Assembly: GCA_051362555.1 (NCBI GenBank)
Contig: CM120641.1
Span: 36,586,401 to 36,650,400, forward strand
From: Lingula anatina
Lineage: Eukaryota; Animalia; Brachiopoda
Direction: 5' to 3'
DNA: 64,000 bases
The notes beneath the pieces were generated by a model, which saw only the letters and a list, made by a program, of their open reading frames with translations, did not search any database and was not told where the DNA came from. Positions 33,760 through 47,100 of this stretch are shown here, piece after piece; the stretch's first letter is position 1, and every line of letters starts with the position of its first letter. Made by a program: the position numbers and the translations under genes.

Positions 33760-35796
33760 TATTTCAAGTGTAAAACGGAACTCAAGGAACCACCAGACCT
33801 TGCCATTGTGTTATTAATTTTCTTTTTCATTTATTTGCCTTGCTGTTTGCAAGTTGACAAGGACCAGTCAACTGAAATCAAATTGTTTGTTTGAAGTATA
33901 AACCGAGTCAACTGAGATCAAATTGTTGAGTATTTGGTTTCTTAGGTCTAAGTAGGTGAAATTAAGCATATAGGACCAAGTGGACTATGCAAGAAAGCTT
34001 TTTGTGGAGTTAAATGTCAAAACAGTAGAGTTATATTCAATTATATTGCAAGTTTAAGTGTTAACTATCATAATGCCATGTGTAGTGAAGCTAATTATTT
34101 TGTTGGCTTTTGCTGTAATCATGTTAATGTTTTTGCTCATATTTCAAATATCAAACTTTTCTGATTATGATATTATTTATCTTCTTTGAAATTATTTTAA
34201 TTCATGTTATTGATTGCATAGTTCCCACTTTATACCCAGTTATTAATATTTTACAGTTTTAATGCTTTATTGCTGCTGCTGTAGCATTCCGTCCTATTTT
34301 TATTCGTTCTAGCATATTTTTACATAAGTTTTGATCTGAGATTGTCATGTGTCACATTTTTTTCAACATGCATGTTTCTACATTTTTTCAATATAAATAT
34401 ATATAGAGTACTTGCGAAGGAAAAATATGAAATTATGGTACATATTGCACTAGTTATAGAAAAAGTTAGTATATTAGTGAGTGTTAGGTATGCAGAGAAG
34501 GAATGCACACTATAAAGATGCTTGTGTATTTTTATCAATTCAAAATGAAACAAACTAAAATAACATTTGAGTGTTTTTGTTTGTAGATTTTCATTAATTT
34601 AGAAGGATTACCACAAGTTGTTAAAATTGCCAAAAGGGTCAACAGTTACGAATGAATACAGAGGTTCTTGTCATATTGTTTAATTTTTATCATGCATGGT
34701 TGTTTCAGAGGGTAGTTTGTAATAAATGGCATAGACTTATGTCAAACATGATGGTTTAGAAGCAAACAAACTTTTAGTTACCATCAATTTTTTTGCATCA
34801 GCGTGTTAAGCAAAGAAATGCATTTTGCAGTAATATTGCTTTTTAAAAATTTGTGGAATTTAGACAGATATGTATATTGTATTTTATTGAGGTTTGGTGC
34901 TGTAGTTTTGCAAAAGATCAAAGATAAGACAAACAGTAAACTACTGTATTATTATTTTTATGGTGAAATTGTATTTACTATTGTGCCAGTTATTAAAAAG
35001 TTTAATATTTTATTTTAAACATTTCTCTAGTCTGTTACAAATTTATACTTGAAACTTGATATTTTCTTACTGATCCTCATGCAATAGGGTAACATGTCAT
35101 GTATCTAGATAAACAATTTTATTTTAATAATATTTCTATGTATTGATTTTGCTGTGCATGTTGCATCACATTTTGTGCAAACTAACTTGGAATAAAGTGA
35201 AATTTTGGTAAAATCTTGTCATTGATCCATCAGAATACGAGATATACTGCAATCTGTTTCATTTACAGAAATAACCACCAAGTTTTTCTTGAATATTTGT
35301 ATTTGTATCTTTGGTTTTCAAGAAATGCAATCTATAGATGTTAACAAAGATTTGTAATAGTAATGGTTACAATATATATATATATATATATACACAATTA
35401 ATGTTCACATTTAGAACAGACATGCCTCACCAAAAAAATATTCTAAAGTATTATAGGTTGAGCATTTATCCAGCATTGATAAACACAGATAGACAGATTC
35501 CCCAACCTATAAATTATAATGAGCAACCAGTGTTTGGAAAGAATACGTTTTCTGTTAAGCAAGCATTAAAAATGCTAAGGACTAATTGAATTGAAATGGC
35601 AATAACACAGCCATATACATAATCTTCTAACCATTAGTTCTGTTTTAAAGTTTGTCTTTTCTACAAAGTCCTATTCCAAAACTGATTATGAGCTTTGTGC
35701 ATCACATGAATTAATGACCACTTAGTCCAAACTGAAGACGCAGCAGACTTGACATGTTTACTCTCTGTAAAGTACTTCAACAGATGAAACTTCTGC

Positions 35797-38764
35797 TCAC
35801 GGCTTACTTGAACTCAAGAATGCTAGATGACCTTTGGGGCATTTATTTGCATAATGACCCTTCTCTCCACACTGCAAAAAAGTCATGAAGTAAATCAATG
35901 GTAAAGTATGTATGTATTCAGAATTTTTCTCAACCAATGTGATGCACTGAGTGCAATCTGAAAATTTGTGATTCATTCAAATGATTAAAATGACAACATC
36001 TTCAAAATCATCAAGTTGAGCAAAACTGCGTTTTAGACATGTCTAAAATATCGAGACTTATCACACAAAGTTCGTCAGTACACACTATATTCTAAATAAG
36101 ACACATATCAAACGGTACATGAACCATATTCTAAATAAAAAACAGATATAAAACAGCATTAAACTTACCTTAAAACATGTAACCTGATCCAGTGGTCTCC
36201 TCTGCATTGGGTTATGAGGATGCACAAACCTGGGATTTCCTTGCTGTTGTTGTTGTTGATTCTGCATATGTTGTTGTTGTTGTTGTGACTGTTGAGGACC
36301 TTGACCAGTATCTCCTCCGCCACCCTGAAGGCAAATAAATCACTGCTCATTTAACACCCTTGAAACATCTGTCTTTTGGCATCATTATATCAGAATGTGG
36401 GATAAATGTTTTTTTTTCTTAATGCTCAAAACAATAAATTTACCTTTTGGGAAATCTAGTTACTTTCAGAGGATTAGTGTGCTACAATGGCCTTTCCTCT
36501 TAAAAAACATTAATACCACATAAGTCATTAAACTTCACCCGAACAACTAAATCTTAGCTCTGGTATTGTGTTCATTTAATTCTGTTTCTGATACATTCCT
36601 TTTGACTTCGAAATCGACGGAAAATAGCTCTTTTTCAATTTTGAATGGGCACTGTAGAAAACATATAACAGCTAAAGCTCTCAATTTAAGCACATATGTG
36701 TGATATCATGTGAAGAATAAGTTCTGTAAATTTCAATCCAAGCAGTTGAGTACATTTTGAGACAGAACACTTTAAATGTGCAGCAAACCGTAACGCTTAT
36801 CCCTTCAAGATCTCGACGAAAACCGGAAGTGCGTCATGACGTCACTCGCTTCTACTTGGAAAGCTGCTGGGTGATTTTCCGATGAGAAATATTTCGTGGC
36901 TCATACAAATGTTCGGAAAATGACCATGCAGATAAAAGAAAATTCACTAATCAAAATTGAAACTGCGTAATTACATAGAAAAACATTGTGCATTCCTGAC
37001 CTCGACTTGTCAGTGTAAACAAAGTGTACTGAACGCATCGCAAGCAAGCACGTGAATGCCGCGTTTGATACTTTGTATCAGACGCTTCGTTTTACTTGAC
37101 AACACAGTGTTTACGATGGGCATGACAGGAAAAACAGTGCAAAAAACACGCACTTCCGGTTTTCGTCGATTTCTTGAAGGCGTCGATTTCTTGAAGGGCG
37201 AGTCTATATGTAGTTCAGTTCTACTTACTGGTTGCTGATTTCCCCTAAAGAACTCAGACTTCATACTTTCTGACAGGTGAGGACAATTCACAGCCTTGTG
37301 CCCTGCTTCTCCACAATTGTGACATGTTATGCTGGCTTTTTTAGCCTGCAGTGCTGGGTCCGCCTGTGGTATTTCAAAACTGGGACTGAAACGAAAGAAG
37401 ATGTGCTGATTATTTCAAACTGATGTACAAAGGTACTAAGTTGTGTTGCTTTCAATGATTAAATATTCAAAATAGTAATTACCATCAGTGGAAGGAAAAT
37501 ATTTGAAATCATAATCAGTTTAAGATAAAGTATTGTGATGCATTATTGATTTATAAGGAATGTTTGACTGAAAGGAGGACGTACTGAACATATTGGCATT
37601 TGGGTCCATCCAAACAGAATCCAGTGAGGTAATTCCTACAAAGAACTCTTCTCACATGCCTATTTTTACAGTTTGGACCTGAAATAGATATATTCAATAT
37701 TATTTATGAGAATATTATCTTATTTGCAACCTTTAATTGATGCATTCATCCATTCATCAACTTTTTTTTAAATCTCTCTTTTACTCTGTCTAGATAAATT
37801 TGATTACTTTACAACTTTTTTATCATATTAAAAGTGTCACAGTTTATTTTTCTAAAAGGAAACCTCACCATGTCTGCAGAATCCCCTGTCATACCATGCA
37901 CAATCTTTGATCTTGGCATCTGGGTCGATGTGTAGGAATGGACATTCTTTGTTGCTACAAGCACCTGTAAAACAACAACAACAAAAAGATGTAATACTAC
38001 ATGGATTACAAGTTATTTATTGGGTCATTCTCTTTTAAAATAGCTGACCAGATACCCAAGTAAAAAAATAATAAAGAAATTAGATTGAATTCTCAACTTA
38101 TACATTTTTTAAAGATATCACCTAAGGGAGTGAAAGACTCAGTGTGCGAGTTACTAGCATTAAAACATAACAAAATGACCAAACAGCATCACATACCAAA
38201 TTTGGAAAAGAAAAAGCATTCTGGCATTTTTGACATATCATATTCATGAAGAAATTCACAGTCATCTCCTTTCTTGCACAGTCCTCTAAGCCAATGTTTA
38301 CAGACAACTGATCTGTCCCCTCTAACGTGACGGAATGGGCAAGCTGTTCCTTTATTACATACATTCCTCAAATAGAACATACAAATACTTGACCCAGATT
38401 CTGAAGAAAGAAAAAAAAGAACAAATTGATAACATGTTCTCAGGGATTACCCCTGCATGTATATAACATTTATATATTTTATTTCATATTATAACAACGC
38501 ATAGGTAACAAAAATTAACCTTGACAGTATTTCACAGTGGAGTTTTTAAATAGCATACTGAAAACAGCAATAATAACGAGTTTCAGTTAAATAAACCTTT
38601 ACCAGGTTTTAAAATTGCCATTTGGGGATTCACACAGATTCACAACTCAAGTAATACTTACTATCCATTCCAGGGAATGGAAGAGGGTGTGCTCCTAGTT
38701 GCTGTTCTAGGGCAATCTCAATGTCAAATTTGACATTATAAACGTTTGCTACAATTTCCTGCAT
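35797..38764 (-). CDS. CPSF4: Cleavage and polyadenylation specificity factor subunit 4 (CPSF30/Clipper); exons 38764-38662, 38400-38197, 37964-37869, 37678-37585, 37385-37229, 36324-36169, 35871-35797
   Basis: MQEIVANV...[61 protein letters not shown], five CCCH fingers, and the C-terminal [31 protein letters not shown]. Confidence 0.97.
36528..37208. mobile_element. Probable non-autonomous DNA-transposon remnant(s) in CPSF4 intron 5
   Basis: CpG-rich island. Inverted repeat CCTTCAAGATCTCGACGAAAACCGGAAGTGCG (about 36801-36833) vs CGCACTTCCGGTTTTCGTCGATTTCTTGAAGG (37149-37180). Short tandem duplication of CGTCGATTTCTTGAAGG. Left boundary uncertain. Confidence 0.55.
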
Positions 38765-39124
38765 TTTGTCAAGAAAGGTTTCCACACCATATAATATATT
38801 TGGTTTGCGAAACTCGCGGTGTGAACCTCGCCGGAAATAAAGTAATACGCACGTTCCAAGTTGAAAGATTGAGGTAATTCAATTAATCTTTTAAGTAACA
38901 TAAGGATCTTTCAATCCACATAAAAGATGACAATGAAATATCTGATGATATGATGTACAAAAATAACCATAGTCCTTTCAAATTTCAAATTAAATATTTT
39001 GTCAATATTCTTCACTTTACACGCAAATCGCAATGCATTCTGGGTGAAAGCCACGTACCCGGCGAACTGACACGCAAGTGTTGTTATGTTGGCATGTTTT
39101 CCTGATTTATACGTGCATTATCAA
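38765..39124. promoter_or_regulatory. Bidirectional promoter CPSF4 / SEC31 with a Staf/ZNF143 site
   Basis: Divergent genes. 39029-39046 reverse complement is CACCCAGAATGCATTGCG, matching the Staf consensus YWCCCRNMATSCMYYRCR at all 18 positions. Donor CAA|GTAAGT at 39125 suggests a non-coding SEC31 exon 1. Confidence 0.7.
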
Positions 39125-39703
39125 GTAAGTGCTTTACAAATAGGTACTATGTGTTTAATTTGATTGTAAATATATATATTCATCCATTTAAGCTCAACTG
39201 AAGATCCCGATCATTGATGGATTGATTGGGTCAGTGGCCATATTTTTACTGTAGCCAGTTAGCTAGCCAGTGTAGCCTGTAGGTATCCTTGCAAAGGTTC
39301 ATAGTTGTTCAAAAGCAATGTGAGTAGAATCAGCTGATTGAAACGCCAGATTATGATCTGCATCTCGTGAACTGGTGTCCCAGTCTTTACGATGGAATAG
39401 TTTTAACCACAAAAGTATAATTAATTATGCCTTAATTAAGACAAATTTTTTCTTTTTTGTAAATCCTTGACATTTATTTCATAAAAAAATTTCATGAGAC
39501 TGACATAGGAAATGCTTTTGATTGCATATAGTTTTTGTTTATTAATCTTGAAAGGGATTTAGAAGATAGTGCAATTAGTTGAGCAAAAATATAAATATTG
39601 TAACTGCATCTGACTTGAACAAGGTATAGTGATTTGCACTATTACTTTCAGATTTGAAATTCCATTTTTATTTCCATGAAGAATTTGTGAACTATCCATC
39701 AAA

Positions 39704-42700
39704 ATGAAGTTAAAAGAAATCAAACGCACAGCTAACATAGCTTGGTCACCACCTGCCCAGCACCCTATATACCTGGCAGCTGGCACTGCAGCTCAGCAGT
39801 TGGATGCAACTTTCAGGTAAGCATTATTTCATGTTAGTGGCACTGACTGATAAATATGTTGTATATGCATGCAGCCAGATAATGTTTCATAAAATATGTT
39901 AGAAATACATGCATTTAATACACAGAAACAATGCTATTGGGCATAGGCCGCATATTGATACATTTCAGAGACTGAATGAGATTTTACATACATGTGTATT
40001 TATGGTTAAATGTGTTATTTTGCTTTATAGACCTACAGTTAAAAAAAACTGTTTGGCAAAGTTGTGTAATTTGTCTTTGAATAAGAAACAGGGATACGTA
40101 TACCATTGCAGTGTTTAAAGAATGGAACAAATAACCCTTTGTTCGTATGACATTTGCATATCTAGATACATTCATATGCTCTCAAGAGAATACTTTCCTT
40201 TTTGAATCACAACTGGTGTGTTGTTTAAATGTATGAAAAAGATGTCATTATGGTCAACCCTGCATAAAATCTGTCTAGCGGGAATAGTTGAAAATACAAG
40301 TCATAATCCCTCATATAGCAGAAATATGTGTGTCATGATGTTACACATAGCATGAATGAGTTATAAGGTTTTACAATAAACTTACCTTTCCTCTTATAGC
40401 AGAAATACATTCGTCATGAAACTACACACAGCATGACTGAGTTGTAAGGTTTCATTGATTAACTTACGCTTTCATTTTAAGTTTGTGATGGGGCTTGTAA
40501 ATGTCATATTTTTTTCCTCTTTCAGTACATCTGCTGCGCTGGAGATATATGGCGTCAATTTTTCAGAGCCAGGGCTGGACATGCCACTGGTTGGAAGTCT
40601 ACAGAGTGAATACAGGTAAGAAAAAAAGCTAATAGAGTCTTTTCCACGAAATCATGAGCATGCGCAGTTCGCGCCATTTTGTGCGGGACTGTTTCTCAGG
40701 GGGAAAGAGTAGAAGGGGCCTTCGGTACTTTTGTAGTATACCCCCCCCCTCACCCTGTAACTTTCTGTAACTTTCACTTTTCAAACAGTTTTTTACATTT
40801 TATTGTTTATCTATGTCAAAGCTGTTGAAATAAAATGCTTTTGTAATTACCTGTGGATTTTTTATTAGTGTTAATCACGTTTAATCCAGCCCATTGAAAT
40901 ATAAAGTTAGAATCTTCAATTTACACCCGCAGTCAATAACTTGCCGCATTTTCGTTGGCTAACCCTAAGGTAATTTTATGTGAACAAGTAGCTCATAATA
41001 ATTTCACAGAGGAAATCCAAGTATACAATGTATCAATCCTATGTTCACATAAAATAAGGTAGAGTTAGCCAACGAAAACGCAGCAAGCTGCGGTTACATA
41101 GTAAATTTTCACATTGTATTTCGATGGGGTGGATTAAACGTGATTAAAACTAAAAAAAAAAGACCACAGGTAATTACAAAAACATTATATTTCAACAGCT
41201 TTGACATAGGTGCAAAAGACACTGTAAAAAAATGTTTGAAAAATGAAGGTTTCAGGAAGTTACAGGGTTGGGGGTATACTACAAAAGTACCGAATGTCCT
41301 ATCTTTGCTGTCGATGAGGTACGTTTTTAGTTCTTTCATTGAAAAGTCATCAGGCACTTCTGCTAAATTTCTATTCCAACTGCTCCCATGAATGTGTTTT
41401 CGAAAAAAATCAGGTGTTAACATGTTACGAAACTTTGAAAATTCAGATTGAAATGAGCACTCCTCGATATGGCGTCCGTCGTGTACACTCCACACTTTCC
41501 CCCTGAAACTTCAAATCCCGCAAAATCTCGCGTTCCCACGGATAATTTAGCGGAAGTCACGTGACCGTGGAAAAGACTCTATTGCTTTGGTGAATTTTAA
41601 TGCTGATGCCTTTAACAGAGAAAAACTGTAAAGTGCATGGCAAGATGATGAGGGATTTCCTGTTTATTTTGCTTTCATTCTATTTTTGCATTTGTTAACA
41701 AGTTAACACAATTTTACGAATTATGAAGTAAGTGAATCTTGACTATTTTAAAATAAAAAGTGACATGATTTATCAGTGCATATATTAAAATCGATCCAGG
41801 TTTCATTGAATGATTAACATCAAGTATCATGCAGGTAAAGAAACTACAAAAAGGTCAACATTATTTTAGCTTTGGTTTTATGTTGGTGTTGTTTTTTCCT
41901 CAAAATAAGTTTGAACACATGTCAATGATATAAAACAATGCAGTCAACATTGATATTATTCAGCAAGAACTTAATTCAGTATTCTACGTATCCTGACCTT
42001 CTTTTTTGACATAATTTCATAGGTTCCACAAACTAGCTTGGGGTGGTCATGGCATGGCATCCCCTGAGACAGCCTCTGGGTTGCTGGTGGGAGGGGCAGA
42101 GAAGGGAAATGTTCTGGTGTATAATCCAGCCAAGCTTATCAAGAAAGAGGATCCACTCGTGTTCACAATGGATAAGCACTCTGGAAATGTAGCTGCATTA
42201 GATTTTAATCCCTTCCAGGTATTTAATTGGAATTCTTATTATACCTGCTCTCTTTTGGTTTGCAAAAACAGACTAAAAAGAATCAGCAAAAGTAAACTGA
42301 TTTTTTAATATGTTTCACCTGATGATTTAGTTACTTATTGTGATTCTAAGTTTCTATCAGTAAACATGGTGTCTTAATGTATTGCAGCAAAACCTATTGG
42401 CAACAGGTGCAAGTGAATCAGAAATTTATATTTGGGACATGAACAACCCCACCAACCCTATGACTCCAGGAGCTAAGTCACAGGTATGATACACAAGCAA
42501 TATTCCTTGTGATTGAAAGATCATTTCTAGTCTTTATCATAATATATAATTTTAAAATGTTTTTTGAAATATCTTGATAAATTGCATTAGAAATATATTT
42601 GTATTTCATGTTAGTCCTGAGGGAATTTGAACATGTTTCAATTCATTCCTAGCCTTCATCTTGTCCTTAAAAATCAAGATGTGTTTTTCAATTTCAATTA

Positions 42701-44078
42701 ATCATTACTTTTTCACTGTCCATTTTCAGCCTGCAGATGATGTGAATTGCATATCTTGGAATAAACAAGTCCAGCATATTCTAGCTTCTACTTTCTCAGC
42801 TAGATGTGTGGTGTGGGATTTAAGGAAAAATGATCCCATTATTAAGATTAGTGATAGCATGTCTAGAGTAAGTGATATTAGAATTGATGTTAATTTTTTC
42901 CATAAATTTTAGTGTGAAGCTTGTTAGAAAAGTGCAATGTCAGTAGTCAGTATTGAAAAGTTGCATTATCTGTAGTCGATAGTTACATGTGGAAAAGATG
43001 CAATATCTGTATGACTTCATGAGTATAATATTTGAAAAGATGCATCAGTTGTTGTCAGTAGTGAAATATTATAAAGATATATTATCTGTAATGTAGTAAA
43101 ATATTGGAAATATGCATTATGGATGGTCATTAGTATAAATTTGTACCCTTTCTATTTCCAGATAAAGAGTAAAATGGTCAACTGGCACCCTGATGTGGCC
43201 ACTCAGATGTGTTTGTCTTCAGAAGATGACCATACTCCAGTCATACAACTTTGGGACCTGAGATTTGCAACATCACCTCTTAAAGTACTAGAGAACCATC
43301 AGAGGTAAAATACGAATGATATGAAATCAAATGGTTCACTGATGAAGTTGCAATTTCATGTGATTTCTTTTATTTGTAATTAATTTTTGCATTGACGTAC
43401 ATTTTTTCCTTCCCTGCAATAAATGAACGGTGAAGAAATTATGAGAATAGGAAAAGTTGTTGAATATTTTTTTTATTTAAGTTTATATTACAACAAATAA
43501 ACTCTTTTTCTAGGGGAATATTGTCTATAGCTTGGTGTCCTCAAGATGCAGATTTACTACTTAGTTGTGGTAAAGACAACAGAATTCTCTGCTGGAATCC
43601 TAATAGTGAAATGCCTGGTGGAGAGGTGGGTAAAAAAAGATGAAAAACATACATTATTAAACCCTATTTTATAGTTAATCTTTGTAAAACTGAAAATGGA
43701 AAGTAATTTGTGAATCTTTAAAATAAAAAAAAAAAAGATTTTAAAATTATGTTAAGAGAACCAAAAATAAACATTAGCAGGCAAATGTGAATAAAGAATT
43801 GAAAAATATGCGGGAGCAGAAAGAGATTGAATTCATGTAGATACTTTGAGTTTTTCCCCTTTTTAAAAAAAATAAGAACATGAATCTGAATAGACCTGTC
43901 AATTCCTTTGTACCTAGGTTGTATGTGAGGTACCAACTCGCAGCCAGTGGTGTTTTGACATCCAGTGGTGCCCTAGGAACCCTGCAGTGATCTCCAGTGC
44001 CTCCTTTGATGGACACATCAACCTATACTCACTCATGGGTGGGGAACAGGAAGCTGAACAGATTGATGCAGTAAGTTT

Positions 44079-44177
<99 letters not shown>

Positions 44178-47100
44178 TATTACTTATTTATTTATTTAAT
44201 TTTTTACAATTTTTTGTGGTATTTGTTAAATGTAAACTCACATAGAAGTACAAATTACCCATTGTAAATTGTTTTTGTTACAAGTTGATATGTATTGCAA
44301 AACTAAGTCAGATATAAATCTTGAAGAATTTTTTTTGAATTTTTAGGTAGCAGACTCATTTCCTAGTGACCCATTTGTACAAGCCCCTCAACAAACAAAA
44401 CATGCAATGACAGTGACATTAAAGAAACCTCCAAAATGGCTACGTAGACCTGTTGGTGCATCATTTGGGGTAAGTTATTATAGATTATATAATAATAATA
44501 ATAATAATAATAGTAAAGATTATAGTCAGCAAATAGAATTCATTCTGTTCAAGTAATGTAAAAATGTTAACTTTTATGTTAATAATGCCTTCCGAGCCTC
44601 ATTTACATTATCTTTATATTTTCAGTTCAGATTGTATTTGTTCCATTTTGTTTTAGTTTGGTGGATGTCTTGTAAGCTTTGAAGCAAGCAAGCCCCCTCA
44701 GCAACAGCAAGCTCACCAGCCAGTCCAGAGACAAGTTTTTATAAGCCGAGTTGTCACAGAAAATGACTTGGTAGCCAGGTCATCGCAGCTCGAGAGTGCC
44801 CTCGGGGCAGGCCAGTTTCAGGAATTCTGTGCAATGAAAATTGCCAACTGCCAAGACCCTATGGAGGAAAGCATTTGGAATTTTATGAAGGTGATATTTT
44901 TTGTCATATTTGTTAGTTTTTGTTAATGATAATACTTGTCTTATGGCAAAGTCATTAAAATATAGGATTATGAAGGGAAACGGCATTCATTTACTGAGAA
45001 AAAAAGATAAGTAAAAGCATCTGATGTAGTATAAAAATTATGAAGAGTTGATTTCTGATGGTCTGGACTAGGGTTTTTAATGTTTGTTTTGATTTTTTAG
45101 CTTAAGCATGTGAACAGAAGAAAAGCAAAAAGTAAACCCACCATTCTGTTTTACAGGTCAATTTTGAAAGAGATCCAAGGAAAAGTTTCTTGAACTTACT
45201 TGGATATGATCAAAATGAACTCTCAAAAAAGGTAAGAAATTAGTTAAATTGTAAATGATAATGATTTTGAGGCAGATGAAATTATTTATTTTCTCAGATA
45301 TAATAAATTTGGTAGGGGGTAATTAACTATTGTTTAGCATCTTCAGTAGGCGTGCCAGATATCTAAGCCACCTAAGCTGAAAGCAATTTAGCGAGAAAAC
45401 CCTTGGAGATAGATTGATCTAGGTATGAGAACCCTGTCTAAAAGTCTAGCATTTTATTTAAATCTAGGTCAGCTCAGCTGTTGGCACCAGTGCTCTCAGT
45501 TCCCAGGAACCTGGAGTTGATGCTAGTGAACTAGCAGAGAAAATGTCTGGACTAGGAACATCGGTAAGACTAAAACTTAATACATATTCACAGGCTTAAC
45601 TAAGTGTGGCATATCTCTACTTTTTAGTTTTAAAACAGTGGTAAGGGGTTAAATTGTTTTACTTTCTCTTCAAACTTTCAGCATATCTATTGTATGGACA
45701 TTTTAAAAAACTTTAATCTTTTCTCTATAACATTTCCCTTGCTTAGCTTTTTTATAATTTTGTATTCAATATGAATTAGTTACCATTAAAAGCTTGTGTG
45801 ACTAATTCCCTGTAACCTTTGATTCCTAATCTAAACATAATGATGTTCTTTTGTGTCATAGTGTGTTGGCTCATGCTAGCATTTTTTTTTCATTTTTGCC
45901 AGTGGCTGGAACTGTTCCTTATTTTTCTCTTTTTTTTTATCTTATTGATTTGGCAGATATTATTAACCAAATCGAAACAAGTTTGAAGAAAACGTTTTAT
46001 CACTTTCTTTTGTTAAAATAACAGTAAAGAGTTATACAAAACTTAATGTTGATGCTGGAATGAGCCTTTGGTGTGTAACAATGTGTATAACAGGATTTCA
46101 GTGATTTACCTTTGGGGTTTCTCCCTTGGTTTCCTACCAATACACATCATTCAGCTTTGTTTGCACCTGTTTGCTTAGTAATCATTCCTTTTACACAGGA
46201 CGCTGGGGAGGGTGTTACTGCCAATGGGTCAAATTCTCCTAATGTGGAAGCAGAGGTAATTCAGTCAAAGTCATTTACTTAAAATATGTAACTCTGTAAG
46301 TGAACTCTGTAAGTGAACATGATTGTTTTTTCCAAAGATTGTTTTGTTTCTAATTAAGTTATTTTCTTACTGCATTTTAGTAAATGTTGAATTGTAGTAC
46401 ATTTAATCATGATCAGCCATGCATTTTTTTTCATCAGTATAAATCATTGTTTTAGCATTGTTGGATTCATTTTATCTGGTGTAGCATTACCAGTACCAGA
46501 ATTAAAATTATATCTTAAAATTGATGAGGTCTGGTAAGCACTATTTAGCCATTGCTCAAAATAAAGATATGGGGATATGTATCTTAACACAGGGCATTAT
46601 GACGATAAAATGTTTATTTCAGAATTTGCCCAAGGTTGAGTCTGACAGTTCTTTGTTTGAGCAGATAGCAGCACATGAGCATGATTCCAGGCCCCAGTCT
46701 CCATTTACTGTACCCTCTGATGATGGTGAGTTACTAGGCACCTTCACCTTTTTATCCTAAACAGAGATATGAGAGAGAGAGAGAGCATTTGTGAGATAAA
46801 ATGTCTTGTTTTATCATTATTTATGTGGCAAAAGTTATCATTTAAATCACAACATAAAATGAAAGTTTATACAACTGAGAATGACAGCCCAATATCTTTT
46901 TCGTAGGAAGGTTTGATATGCCGCCACTCATAAGTAACATATGCTTGAACTTCTCTTTTTCAGATGTGGATGGCCTGATTAGCCAGTCTGTGATCACAGG
47001 GAACTTTGAGGCTGCAGTAGAAATGTGTCTCCATGACGACCGCATGGCAGAAGCCATCTTGCTTGCCATTTGTGGTGGCCCTGAGCTGCTGGCTAGGACA

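Noticed and set aside
33863-33928. 26-bp near-tandem duplication in the delphilin 3' UTR (also a 39-bp one at about 36086-36165)
   Set aside because: Ordinary short slippage duplications with no sign of function.
39283-39497. GTATCCTTG plus downstream TCCTTGAC as a possible U12 intron in the SEC31 5' UTR
   Set aside because: The donor is imperfect at +9, the nearest AG is ~26 nt from the branch motif, and there is no reading-frame constraint to test it. A few chance matches are expected in 64 kb.
41109-41495. 128-aa minus-strand ORF as a nested gene
   Set aside because: A chimera of the transposon remnant and the fold-back arm; no independent gene structure.
43987-44199. ORF tail (YLFI)n resembling a transmembrane segment
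   Set aside because: Read-through from a SEC31 exon into the (TTTA)n microsatellite.
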